64,000 nucleotides of DNA from Zygnema circumcarinatum SAG 698-1b. Lineage: Eukaryota > Plantae > Zygnematophyceae. The translations under genes were made by a program, and so were the position numbers. Numbering within the stretch: position 1 is the first letter of the stretch; every line of letters starts with the position of its first letter. Of this stretch, positions 33,292-46,187 are shown in pieces. The notes beneath the pieces are model-generated. The model ran no database searches and was not told the origin of the DNA. It saw nothing but the letters and a program-made list of their open reading frames with translations. The DNA lies in contig CM074810.1 of the NCBI GenBank assembly GCA_037447605.1, positions 124,001 through 188,000 on the forward strand. Direction: 5' to 3'.

Positions 33292-35805
33292 GGTTCAGTA
33301 CGGTCAGGAATGGCGTTGCAAATGTTCCATCAATTAAAAAAGAATTATCAATCTCACTGTTTATTTTGAAACATCGCCATACTTGGCTTTTTGAATGTTC
33401 GCTTTCCAACGGCCCTGCATAGGGATTGATCCCCATAACATACACACAGGACTTCAATTAAAAAACAAAAAAAATCGGCAAATTTGAAACCTATGAGCAT
33501 CCAGAGACTGAGAGCCTTAAGAGGGGCGCCAATGTCCTTCATTGGCAGGAGGACGGCCGAGGGAAAAAAACGGGTACACGGACACAGAACTCCACAGTTT
33601 ACAGCTCCGTTCCTTGCACCTCTACAACGGAACTGACTGGCTCCGTCCCGGACATGGAGCCTTGTTCCGCGTTGTCAACCGTTAGTTCGTGACCGTTACC
33701 GTGGCCACACCTCAGCACCACGTTGACTCCACGTGGCAGTTTGTCACCACGTGGCACCTTATCACAGCCTCCAGAAAATCCCGATATCCAAAATCCCGCA
33801 GAATCGAATATCCCGGTCCGCGCGGGCGATTCTCCGCCAGAAGTGCCGCCACATGGCATAAAAGCACACACTGCAAGATAACGCAGACCTGGATTCGTGG
33901 CCGACTGCAGCGACAAGTGCAACGTGCCGCCTCTTCCGCAGTCCACGGAGGACCTAACGATTTGGGCCAACCAGCGAGAGCTACGTGACGGTCGCTCAAT
34001 GTGGGCTGCCGATGGATTCTGTACGAATCTTAGGTGCTGTACGTCTGATGCTATTGTACAGTTCTATACGAAAAGTCTGTCGTTACCGTATCCGCACTAC
34101 AGCGAGACAGCAAGAAAGTGACAAAAGGTTCGAGGTTTCAGCCACATAGAAAATGCCACGTCAACTAGACTGTACACGTGGGCCGCTATGATTCGTCAAT
34201 GTGCCGCTGACGGCCGCCAGTCCGCGAGAAAAGGTCTAGGCCTGAAATGTTCACGCTGGGAAATGTTTTTTTAATTTAAGGGAATAATTTTCAAAGTTGG
34301 TCCTATTTAAGCCGGTTCGCATTTTTTAAACCTGCCAGGCAGCTAGAGTCGGGGCCGGGAGAGGTGCCGGGAGGGCGCCACGTGGCGGGATTAGGGTTAG
34401 GGCGGGGCCCTCTGGGGCTGTAGGGCTGGGGGGGGCGTGAAGGTGCTTTGGAGCGGGAGAGGGAGAGCAGGGGAGGGGTGGTTTGGGAAGGGAGAGGGGA
34501 GGGAGGGAAGGGGGGGAGTGGAGGGAGGGAGGGGAGGGAGGGAGGGAAGGGAGGGAGGGAAGGAGGAGAGGGAGGGAGGGAAGGAGGAGAGGGAGGGAGG
34601 GAAGGAGGGGGGGGAGTGTGAGAGAGGCGGGGGGAGGGAGAGAGGGAAGGGAGATTATATCGTGGATGATTTATCGTGGCGATCTTTGGATGCCGTTACA
34701 GTTTGCGGTATTTTAGGGTTCACCTAATAAGAGGTAAGCCGGGCGTACAAGGAGAGGTTTCGCGTTTTCTGTCCTAAAAACTAAAGTGAACTGAACTGGT
34801 CCAATCGAATATACCGCCCTTCCAATCACAAAGTCATGTCAACATCCGGTGCAGCTATTATCCTTATATCGTTAAGTATTGGAGTATCTTATGTATTTTA
34901 CTCTTACATCACATATCTTATGCATTTGTTTAAGAAGCGAGTAGCAGATCAATGCACTCTCATCTACAAGGTGAGTGTTTTGACATGTGGATCGTTGTGT
35001 ACTCTAAGGGAGATTTCTTATGGTGAACAGAAACATTTAGAGAGAGAGTGGGTGACAGCGAGAGAGAGGGAGGGGGAGTGAGGGAGGGAGTGAGTGACAG
35101 AGAGTGGGGGAGGAGGGACGAGAGGAGAGAGAGGCTGATGGGATTGCCTCCCTCCCCTTGCTCTGCTCTCCCCTTATTATCCTCTTACTTTCCTTGCATC
35201 TATTGCCCCTTCCATCGTTTGCCCGCCCATCTCTCTCGCCCTTCTGTCCCTCCGCTTACTTTCTCCGCTCTCTCTCGCTCATTTCTTCTTCGCTGTTCCT
35301 CGTCTTTCCTTTCGCCCTCTCACCAGTCGTTTTTCCCAAACCGTCTCAAAATCCTCGTTTCTTCTCTTCCACCCTTACTTCTCTCTCACACACGCGCCTC
35401 TCTGCCAGACTTCTCGTCGACGCACGCCTTTGACTCCTTTTGCCAGTTCTCACTCGGCTCTCGTCTCATATCCCCCTCCCGTGTTGTGCACGTGCTCTCA
35501 TGCATTCTTCTTGCTCTCTCTCTCTCTCTGTTATCTCTCACTCGCTTTCTATCCGCTACTCGCCCTTCTGTTGCACTCTGCCCCTGCTCGTCCCACTCTC
35601 TTTCCCCCATTTCGAATAGGTGTGCTTGAGGTGGGTCTGCCAAGTCAGGTTTATTGCGGGACATATTCCTTGCTACTTTTATGCAAATAAGAAGGCATGT
35701 GTATGCATAAAGCTATCAATACTGTCGTCTTCCATTGTCTTCCACACCTTATCAACTTTATTCCTCACTTCCATATGCAGAAGCGGAGTCAATCACACCA
35801 TCAAG

Positions 35806-38800
35806 ATGGCTCATAGAGATCGCTGGAGGTAAATTTCTCTCTGCTTCTTCAAATGTTTTTCCGTCGCTCACGGTTTTCAAATAAAGACAGAGCCTGAGCA
35901 CCTGAATTTCCTTAGACTTCTTGATGGGTCCCCGGACATAGTTTATACACAAAAGGTTTTTTTTGCTTTTGTTCGATGTTTTATTGATTTGTTTTTGTCG
36001 TAATATTTACTCTCCCGGCAGGCCCTCCTTTCCGTCAGATGCAACGGAAGATGAACTAGACGTAGAGAGTGAAGCAGCAGGAGTGCCCTATGAGGGCCAC
36101 TCTCACTCGTGGGTTCCAACTTTCAGCAACAAAGCTCTCATCCCTAATAGTTTACCTCCTCACACATATCAGTCTCCTCAAACCTTAGGGACAAGGCGAC
36201 ATTCAATCGGAGCAGCAGACCTCTTTGCAGCCGTACGGAAGGGCTCCATACATGAGGTGGAATTGGCTCTTGCAGCAGTGAAAAACATCGATGCAAGAAC
36301 TGCGGTAGGAACAACCGCACTGCATCTCGCTGTGTGGAAAAATCACATTCCCATATTGAAAAGGCTGCTGGCCGCTGGAGCAGATCCCAACATCCGGGTG
36401 AGCAAATATCTATCTTCTCTCTCTCTCCCCCTCCCACACTCTCCCCTACTCTCCCTCACCCTCCCTCTCCCATTCCCGCCTCCTCCTCTCTCTCTTTTCG
36501 CTTCCGCCATCTCCATCACTGCCTTCTCTTCCCAGGGGCTGCAGTGAGCTGAGACCTCCTATTGGGAGAGAGGGAGGCTTCAGGATGGAGAGAGTGGCTG
36601 GAGTAGTCTCCACAGGGCCCTTCACTTTGGCCACGTGGCGGCAGCGGGAGTGCTGATAGAGGGGGGAGCCTCCCTCTCTGTGGAAGACATAAAGGGGCGA
36701 ACCCCTGTAGACCTCATCTCAGGGCCTCTCTCTGCTGCTGTTGGGGACACGTGTAAACACCTCAACCTACCTCCTGAGCACGTGGCTTCTCTTTGCTTCA
36801 GGACGTTTAAGGGTTTTAGGGAACTCTCCTCCTGTTTTTCTCGGTCAATTTGTTGATGTTTTAGATGTGCGTCTGAACCCGTCGTATCCTCCCATTATCC
36901 TCCTCCCTCCCTCCCTCCCATTCATTCAATCTCTTAACTGGGTCCCCTTTTTCCTTGCCCCTCCCTCTGTGCTCTCTGCAGTTTCAACAGAGGTTTTCAG
37001 TTGGGGCAATGGAGCAAATTACCAGCTTGGAACAGGAACTGTCGGCGTTCAGACAGTTCCCTGCAGAGTGAATGCTCTTCAGGGGACGGTAGTGAAGGCG
37101 GTCGCTGCTGCTCGCTTTCACAGTGCAGCCGTTACATCCAACGGCGATGTATATACATGGGGGTTTGGTAGAGGAGGGCGTTTGGGCCATGCAGATTTTG
37201 ACATACACAGGTGAGGAGCTGCGTTGGAAGAAGCCTATATCCCTCCCGTTTGCTGCCTCTTTCTTCCGTTTCCTCATCCCTGCTTCCCCTCCTCGCCTCC
37301 CCTCTCTCTCTTTACAATCTTGCCTATTCTGTCTTCCTCATCCCTCTGAATCTCTGATTTTTTTCCCATACTTTGATCTGTGTGTTTCTCCCTCCCTCTT
37401 TCTTTCCCTCTCCCTCCTCGTACCCTCTCAGTGGGCAGGTCGCTGTCATATCACCGCGGCTAGTAGCCGGTTTGGGAGGGAAGAAAGTTCGAGTTTTGGC
37501 AGCAGCAAAGCACCATACAGTGGTTGCAACTGAAGCTGGGGAAGTTTACTCGTGGGGTAGCAACCGCGGTAGGGTTCAACCCTCCCTTCCCCTCTACCTC
37601 CCTCCCTCTGCTCCCATTGTCCCTAAGCCAGAGACGACCACTTAGAAGCTCCTCTACTAGTTTCATGTAATGAACTCAGATAAACCTAACTGTCCTATTT
37701 CGCTATGCAGAGGGACGGTTGGGCTACTCCTCTGTTGACACTCAGCCAACACCTCGACGGGTTTCAGCTCTTAAAACGAAGGTGACTGCTGTCGCAGCCT
37801 CTAATAAGCACACTGCAGTCTTGACAGAGACGGGAGAGGTCTTCACATGGGGCAGTAATGAAAAGGGTCAGTTGGGCTATGGGACCTCCAACTCCGCCTC
37901 CAGTTATGTTCCAAAGCTAGTGGATTACCTCAAAGGAAAGGTTATGGTAGCTGTGACGGCTTCGAAATATCACACAATGGTGCTTTCTTCCGAGGGAGAG
38001 GTAAGCTTCTAAAGCGTCTCTCTCTCTCCACTCTCAGCTTAAACTCGTCTAACTTTAGAAGGCTCCTGTCATCTAAAGCCGCTAGAGAACATAGGTAGGG
38101 TGAGCATAACAGGGTTTTGAAAGCTTAAGTTCATAGACACTTTGATGGGTCTAAAACCCTAGAACTTTGAAAGCCTGACAAGCTTAACCTCCAAACTCTC
38201 TCCTCGTTCTCCTCCTCCACCTTCCTCCTCTCTCCCGCTCTTCTCCTTCTCCTCCCCCTCTCATTCTCAGTGGCCGGACCCTGTGAGCTGGTGACAGGTG
38301 TACACTTGGGGATATGGCTTAGTTACTCCCCGACGTGTTTCCCTTACCCGTGATACAAAGAAAGGGGGAACTGCTCATTTGAAGTTTCATCGCAAGGAAA
38401 AGCTGCAAGCAGTGGCTCTTGCAGCTGGGTTCATTCACAGCACCGTTATTTCAGATGACGGTTTAGTGTTTTATTGGGCTTCGGACGATTCCAACCTTAA
38501 ATGCAGACTAGTAAGTAATTTCAATATTGGACTTTTAACTCATTTTGTTCTTTTTTTTTTCCGGTCTCCTTTCTTGATTCTGGATTCTTAATCTTTGGTA
38601 TGATTTCGATTTTTTATTAAATGCTTACACGGCAGCTCTGGGATTTTTGCAGCTGTCATCTCTCTCAACACATCAAGCAGTTTCTGTGTCGGCGGGAAAA
38701 TACAGAACAGCGGTAGTAACTGCAACGGGTGATATTTTTGTATGGGATGGAGACAAACCTAAAACTGCAGCAGAATCCATGCCGGCTCCGCTCCGTATCC

Positions 38801-39314
38801 CAGGACTGAAAAACGCTGCTAGCATCTCTGTGGGAGAGAGCCATTCTGTAGCAGTAGTCAAACTCCACTTTCCCCCATATCCAGCAAAAGCTCTTCCATC
38901 TGCAGAAACTTCAGCTGCCCCCACAGCACCTGTGGGAGGGGGGAGGGAGGGAGAGGACGAGTGGGAGGAAGAAGGGGAGGGAGTGTTGATGGGAGGGGCA
39001 ACCATGGAGGAGGATGCGGCCAATGGGGGGGTGCCCACCTTGTGGGAGCTCTGCCAGGCAGCAGTGGCAAAGAAACTCCTTGAACCCAAAAACGCAGTGC
39101 AGCTCATGGAACTGGCAGAGTCCGTGGGAGCGGAGGAGTTGAAACAGTTCTGTGAGGTGAGCCGCACCATGGGGTGTGTGCATCCACACTCTAGGATTCC
39201 CTCGCCCTCTCCTCCTCTCTCCCTCTCCCTCTCCCTCCCTCTCTCTCCCGTGCATCTCTTGCTGACACACTCTCTCTCTCGTTTTCTCTCTCTCTCCCTC
39301 TCTCTCTCTGTCTC

Positions 39315-39349
<35 letters not shown>

Positions 39350-41626
39350 TGCAGGTGGTAGTGATGCGCAATCTGGGGTATATCCTCACCTTAGTTCCGC
39401 AACAAGTGGCGCAGTGCCGCTCTCATCTTCTCGCCAACTTTGAGGTTACTCTCGCAGCTGCAAGCGTGCAGCCATGGAGCTACCGCCGCCTCCCTACTGC
39501 TACCGCTCCATGGCCACCTGTGGTAGAGAGTGAGGAGGAGGGGGAGAGGGAGAGGGAGAAGGGGGAGGCAGGGGAGGAGGGGGGGAAGAGTGCGATATCA
39601 AGCAGGTCAAATTCAACTCAGAACCTCTTGGCCTATGGGGGAGTGACAGGTGGCTCTGGAGGAGAGATACCTTCTTCACCTTCATGGCAGGGTGCTGAAG
39701 GAGGAGGGAGGGGGATGTATCTGCAGATGAGCTTGGGGGCAGAGAGAGGAGAAGACTCTGCTCAAACGAAGCAGCTCAGAGCTGTTCGGAAAAAGTTACA
39801 GCAAATTGAATTGTTAGAAGAAAAGCAGCTTTTGGGCCATGCTTTGGACGCACAGCAGGCAGCAAAACTCTGCTCTAAGGGGCAGTTGGAAGCTGCATTG
39901 GCACTACTTGAGAGAGGGGTGCTTCCAGGAGGGAGCCCTGCAGGTGATTACCCCACGGAAGAGAGAAGGGAAAGGGAGGGGGCTTTTGGGAAGGAGTGGC
40001 GAACGAATGAGAAAATCGGAGCTGTGAAGTTGAGTAAAGGGGAGGAGAGAGAGCAGAAGCAGAAAAAGCAGGGAAAGAGGAGGAATGTGAAGGCCAACCC
40101 CTCAATTGGAGAAGGAGGGTTCAAAATTGAAGGCCATGCGGGTGAGGGAGGGGAAAATTGGAGAGTCCGAGACATGGTCTCTATGAACGAAGAGGCAGCT
40201 TCTATCACACATATCTCTCTCCCTGACTCTCACTCCCTCTTTCCCATGAATAGCATGACCCCTCAGACCCCCCCATCTCAATCCCTTCCATCCCAAATTC
40301 TCCCTATGCAGACCCTCACTCCCTCCACTTCCTCCGTCAAAGGAGGCAAGAAGAAGACCAAAAAGGGTGGCCTTTCTATGTTCCTCAGTGGAGCGTTGGA
40401 ACTACAGCTTGCCTCGAAACCCCCTGAAGAGTTGACTTTATATCCAGAACCGCCACGTGTCGCGAAAGCAGAGGGCCCTGCTTGGGGAGGTGCGGTTTCT
40501 AAGACCGTAGCTACCGCAAAGGCAACGTCTCTCCGAGATATTCAGTCGCAACAAAATGCGGAATCTGCAAATCGTTCATTGGTCCACGTACTGATGGCTC
40601 CGCCGCCCGCCAATCGCAACCCGCCACCTGTCACTCCTGCACCTGCGCTCGCTGAAGGGGGCTCCATAGTCATTGCCGGAAGAAACCCGAAACGAGTACA
40701 CGGCCACTCTTCTACAAGCGGGAACGGCCTTGTGGGGCCCACCGCAGGGGCCGCAACTGCCTTGACCAATCACACGGCGGCACCTGGCGGAAGTACGTGG
40801 CAGCAGCCGATTGGGCCTGGAATTGGACGGTCGAGATCGTCAGGGGGGCTTCTTGACGGAACGGTGGAAGATTCGGAACAGGGAGGCTCTATGCGAGTCT
40901 CTCTCATTGACTTTGTTCGCTCGTCTGCTCCTATTGCTGTTTCCGGGAAAGGGAGAGGGGGTGCCCCTTCTAAAGCTGGTAGCAGCCCACCCCCTTGGAC
41001 TAAGACAGCCGTAGGAGGAGGAGCAACACCTTCACTACGTGATATTCAGCACCAACAGGTAAGAGGAGCTACTGAATATTCATCTCCTCTCCCTCTCCTC
41101 TCTTCTCCCCCTTTTTCCTTCAAGTTAGGACCATCTACTCCCCTCTCCCCCCCGCTTCCTCCTCTCGTCTCCCTCCAAGTGAGGTCCAACCATTTCCCCT
41201 CCTCCCGCTCCCTCTCCCTCTTCTCTCTACTCTCTCCAAGTGAGGACCAGCCCCATTCCTCACCTCTCTCTCCCTCTCCTCTCCCCTCCTCCTCCTCTCG
41301 CCAGTACGGACCAACTAACTCCTGATGTTCTCTTGCTACAGGAGCTCCGTAATGCTCAACTCCGCCATCCAAGGGGAGTCCCCATCCCCCCTGTTGGCCC
41401 TGTAGGGAGCCCCCTCCCTCCCTCCCACCTCGCTGCCGCCATCTCTCCCTCTCCCGATCATTCTGGAAGCCCCTCCAGCCACCCTCCTCAGGGAAGCCGT
41501 TGGTATCGCCCTGACGACGCCATGGCTCCCTCCTCTTTGCGCTGCATTCAGAAAGAGGAGGCAGCCATGAACGACCTCAGAAAGCTCTATCAGAACGTGA
41601 GAGTGGTGGTGCCCTCTGACAGGTAG
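35806..41626 (+). CDS. Ankyrin + RCC1-repeat + helical/BACK-like protein (IBTK-like, At3g03790-type), ~1309 aa
   Basis: Exons 35806-35828 (uncertain), 36022-36397, 36584-36752, 36982-37210, 37432-37568, 37711-38000, 38298-38510, 38653-39156, 39355-41058, 41342-41626, in frame. GTTALHLAVW, GWSSLHRALHFG, VFSWGNGANYQLG, VYSWGSNREGRLG, KKGGLSMFLSGAL. Confidence 0.9.
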
Positions 41627-42430
41627 CAGGGGCTCTCCGGACGCGCTCTGAGTCCCTTCCCGTAAAGTGGAAATGGGGGGTAAGGGTGTGCGGACGGAGT
41701 CGTAGAATTACTGTTTTGGAAAAGGTGGGGGGGGTGGGATAATGGGGGGTAAGAGAATTGACAAACTTTGGTTTAATCTTCTTCTTTCTTTTTTTCCTTA
41801 TGTCTAGTTTGTCAGTCCTGTAGAGAGGCAGGGAAGGGAGGACAGGGCAAAACTTAGGTTCGTTGCAAGCCATTTTTGAGTGCAGATCGGCGCAAGGCAG
41901 TGTGTATATAGTCACGGTTAGCCGACCGAATAAGGGACCGCCAGTGGCAGGGTCCCCTCCGGCAACACTCGTGTGTGCGTAGTCGGAGGGGCGATCAGCT
42001 GTTTCTTCAACTTGTCATTTTTGAAGAATAGTTTTTTCTTTATTGCCTTTTCTCTCTTCTATCTCCGTGCCGACCTGTGACTAAAGTCTCTCTTTGGCTC
42101 CAGGTTTCTCAGATTGTGTTTTTAGGCATAATTGGTCCTTTGCGCACACTTGACGTTCTTCGCGTAGGTGTGTCATTTGACTCGGGCCATACGATACATG
42201 TCTGAATATCTTTCTCCTGGTTAGGATCAAATTTGACGTGAGATAACGAGTCAATTGTATTTTTGCTGAAAAATGACCTCTTATTGCAAAAGGAACGTTT
42301 CTTTGTCGTGCCGGTTCATTGGGAGTGGGAGAAGAAACGACGACGAAAGTTCCAAGGGGTTGGAAAAATGGCAAAGCAGGTAGGACTGGGCATCGACTGC
42401 ACATGCCATCCTAATACCGTGAAAATTCCC

Positions 42431-42510
42431 GTTCCTCGTGGTTCCCCATGCTGACTTCATCCATGTACATTTGATAGCCTCGCCATCGTCAGATCAATGC
42501 ACATCTCCTC
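42431..42510 (+). repeat. Third locus of the dispersed ~100-bp repeat
   Basis: GTTCCTCGTGGTTCCCCATGCTG...CATGTACATTTGATAGCCTCGCCATC...TCAATGCACAT. Confidence 0.7.
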
Positions 42511-43524
42511 TTTTTAACATTTCTAATTCTTGACGGCTTCAACGCTGACTTTAGAGGATGGGCATCATCCAACGGCCTTCGACTTTCGTAGCCATTCAAC
42601 GGCTCCGATGCGCCACTTTTTCACGAATGCAAGATCGATGGCTACGATTTCTGCTGCCCATAGTCTTCGATCCAGGCATGTGTGATGGTGCGGTCCGTAC
42701 ACGTTTACCGTACGGTACAGATTACATGTACGGATCGCTACAGCGCGGAGTGTCCCCTGGCGAGAAAGTCGAGAGAGAGACAAAGGTGGAGCGGTGGGAG
42801 GGAGAGAGGAGGGCGAGAGGGGAGAGGAGGGAGAGGGCCGACAAATGAGGGGTAGAAACAGCGGCGATCAAGAGAGTAGGGTGTAGGGTGATATCTTCAC
42901 ATTTTTCTGCGACGGGAGAGCAGGAATGTCCCTGCATTTCGCGGTGTTTCAAGGAAATCTGGCAGCTTAAAGTTGGGGCCATTTAGGGCTAAGATTAGGG
43001 TTAAACTCGCACGAGCATTCCCTGAGACTTTTAGTGTTTTGGCTTTCTGAAAAGCACCTCTTTCCAGAGCTTCTCCACCATTTTGTCTGCCCCCTCTCTC
43101 TTTTAGGGTTAGTGCTATCATTCATCCCCATTTGTCACTCCAAGGGGACCCCCCCTTTCCCCTTTTTAGGGTCGCGTTCAGCCCGCCGAAGCCTGCAAAG
43201 CACCCCCCTGCAACCTCCTGTTTAACCCTTCCCTCTGCACGCCATTTTGGCGTTTTAGGGTTCCCCAGATTCAGGGTTGGCTTTCTGGGGCTCAGGGTCG
43301 CGCCCTCCCTCAGGCTGGAGGGGCCCGCAGCAGCGGCTCCGCCCGGCCCTCTCCCTCTCCCTCTCCCCTCCCTCCTCCGCTCTCGCCCTGCCTTGGCGGG
43401 CCCTCCGCCCGCCGGCCGCCCCCCCCCGGTGGGCCTCGCCATTACGGACGGCAGCAAGGGCCGGCGCAAGGCCTTCCGGGCCGGCAAAGCGCTGCAGGAG
43501 GCGGTGGTGCGGCGCGTGCACGCG

Positions 43525-45205
43525 ATGTTCTATGGCGCCATGGTGTGGGACCCGTGGCTCATCGTGGCGCAGATCGCCTGCCTGCAGGCGCTCTCCTACC
43601 TCAGCCTCGGCGCGCTGCTCTCCCTCCTCGTGGGGACGCACGTGCCGCGCTTCACGCTCAAGTACTTCTTCCACTCCGCAGCGCTCACTGCGCGCACGCT
43701 CGACGGCTGGTGCACCATCCTCGCGTTTCTGCTCAACTCGCTGCTCGGGTGGGTGCGAGGGAGGGAGGGAGGGAGGCAGGGAGAGCGAAAGGGTGAAAGG
43801 GAGGGAACGAGGGAGGGAGGAAGGAAGGGAGGGAGGCAAGCAGGGAGAGCGCAAGGGTGGGAGGGAGGGAACGAGGGAGGGAGGAAGGAAGGGAGGGAGG
43901 CAGGCAGGGAGAGCGAAAGGGTGGGAGGGAGGGAACGAAGGAGGGAGGAAGGAAGGGAGGGAGGCAGCCAGGCAGCCAGGGAGAGCGAAAGAGTGGGAGG
44001 GAGGAAGGAGGGAGGGAGGGAGGGAGGGAAAAGCTAGGGTGGGAGGGGGAGGGAGGCAGAGAGCGAAATGGGGGGAAGGAGGGAGGCAGGGAGAGGGGAG
44101 GAATGGAGGGGGGAGGTGTGGGGGGATGGGGTGGGAGGTAGAGAGAGCGAAAGGGAGGGAGGGCAGAAGGAGGGGAGAGGGACGGGATGGGGGAGGGGTT
44201 TCACTGGAAACCGCAGTTGCTTTCTCCCATTTTTTTAATCCTTCTGCAGTTTTACGACGGTGATGTCTCAGCTTGTCACTATCGTCTCTTTGTGTTCTGT
44301 TTTGGGGTGCAACTTTGAATCGGGAAAGGCTGCTTCAGTGTTTAGGGTTTTTATTTTTGTCTGAGCTATTTAGTCAGATTGCTAATCAGGCTTCAAACTT
44401 TGAATAAATGCGAAGATAGGGTTTAAGTCAGTTTATGTAAAATATAACTCCTTCAATCCTGCATTTGTCAATGAAGGAAAAGTTTGGCATTAAACATTTT
44501 GAAAAAGGCATTAATTTTAGGGAATTGGGAGCAGCAGTTGGTGTTGGTATCCTTTGATGTGTTTCTTTCCTTCTCCCTCTATATCTCCCTCTCCGTCTCC
44601 CTCTTCCCCCCCCCTAATCTATATTCCTTGTCATTCTTGCCTATTGCCTGCCTTATTCTGTTTGTTTCCCTTCCGTCTCCACTCTTTCACTCTCTCGTCT
44701 TTTTGTCACCCCTCGTCCTTCCCTTCCCTTTCTCTCCTCCCTACCTTGCTCTCTCCATTTCATCCCCTCCTCCCTCTCTTGATTCACCCCTTACCCCCTG
44801 CATAGCACGTAACTCCCACCTTATCTTCTGCCCATCATTCCTCGACCTCTCCAAAACCGTAAACTCGGTTAACTTCTGAATCCTGAAATCAAAACTGAAC
44901 CCTAAACTTGGTTCCTTTTTTCCAACAGGGCTGGCTATCTCCTCCTCCTCATCGAGCGCACGAAAAAGTGCCTTGATTTCACTGCCACCATGTATATTAT
45001 TCACCTCTTCTTCTGCATTGTATATGGAGGACTTCCCACCTCTCTTATTTGGTGGGTCGTCAATGGAATCTGTCTCGTTATCATGACTGTGCTGGGCGAA
45101 TGGCTCTGCATGCGTAGAGAGCAGCGAGATATTCCTTTGGGAGCGAGAGAGGGAGGAAGTGGGAGAGCAATCAGAACGTCATCCGCAAGGAGTCTACCGC
45201 TATGA
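43525..45205 (+). CDS. SYS1: SYS1 Golgi integral membrane protein, 166 aa
   Basis: Exons 43525-43748 and 44929-45205. MFYGAMVWDPWLIVAQI, IERTKKCLDFTAT, GEWLCMRREQRDIPL. Confidence 0.94.
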
Positions 45206-46187
45206 TTGGTTGAAGGAGGAATTCAAGGGGTAAAGTGTGGAAGGGCATGAGGGAGAGGAGGAAAGGAGAATGAAAAAAATAAAGGAAATATGCTGGTGGA
45301 GGGGCGGAGTGTGGGATTTTTAGGACAAGACGAGAGACACTCGGAAGTGACTTTGAGAGAGTATGTGAGGGAGGGATTGAGCGCGGCCTTTTTCCGATTG
45401 GTGGTGAAAGGGTCAGAGGAGAATTTTGAACACGACTTTAGTGAAAAACGCAAGTTTTTGGAATTAGATATGGGTAGTGAACGGGGGAAGAGGGGGAAAG
45501 GGAGAGGGAGGGCCTATTCGAGACCTAGAGAATGGGAGATTGAGGGGCCAAGAAACTGCTAAAGAGCACTATTTGGGTTTCAATAGGAGGGCGTCGAGAC
45601 AGCAAAACAAGTACTTGCCTTTGGGCTCCTCGTAAAGTGGCAGAAACGAAAATTTGACATCAAGTTATGGACGTGTACTGCCTGCATGCTTCTATTTCTC
45701 TTTTTTTACTTTTTACTTGCTTTTCGTTTGTTCGGCTTCTTTTTATTGTCATTGTCATTTCATTGTACAAAATTAAAAATGAGTGAGGAAAGTGCTCGGA
45801 GGTGGGAGGGAAAGGTGACGTGGGTGAAGGAGTGAGGCTTTTTTTCTTCCTTTGTCAAAGGTCGAATAGTTATGGGGACGGGCGCTATGGATGGAAGGGA
45901 GCGAGAGAGGGGAGAAGAGGGAGAGCACGGGGAGGAGAAAGAATGGTGAGGGACTGAGGGAGAGAGAAGTAGGAAGCGATTGAGGGAGGGAGACACGGAG
46001 GGAGGGGTGAAGTGCAACGGGAAGAGGAAATGATATTTTTCGTCATTTTCTTCACAACTCACACATCGTGAATATTATCTTCGGTTAAAGCTCCCCAGAG
46101 CAAAATAAGGAAAGCAGAAATAAGCTGAAAACTGCTCCCTGTACTCGGGAATGGTCCCCAGCACTACCTCTGTTCTCCCCTCCCTCA

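Noticed and set aside
33599-34121. Overlapping intergenic ORFs of 74-123 aa
   Set aside because: GC-rich upstream region with no recognisable domain or splice structure.
41915-41995. HDV-like or hammerhead ribozyme
   Set aside because: Helix order does not fit the HDV double pseudoknot on either strand; no CUGANGA/GAAA core.
43132-43524. In-frame N-terminal extension of SYS1
   Set aside because: SYS1 proteins start at MFYG; the open frame reflects a GC-rich leader.
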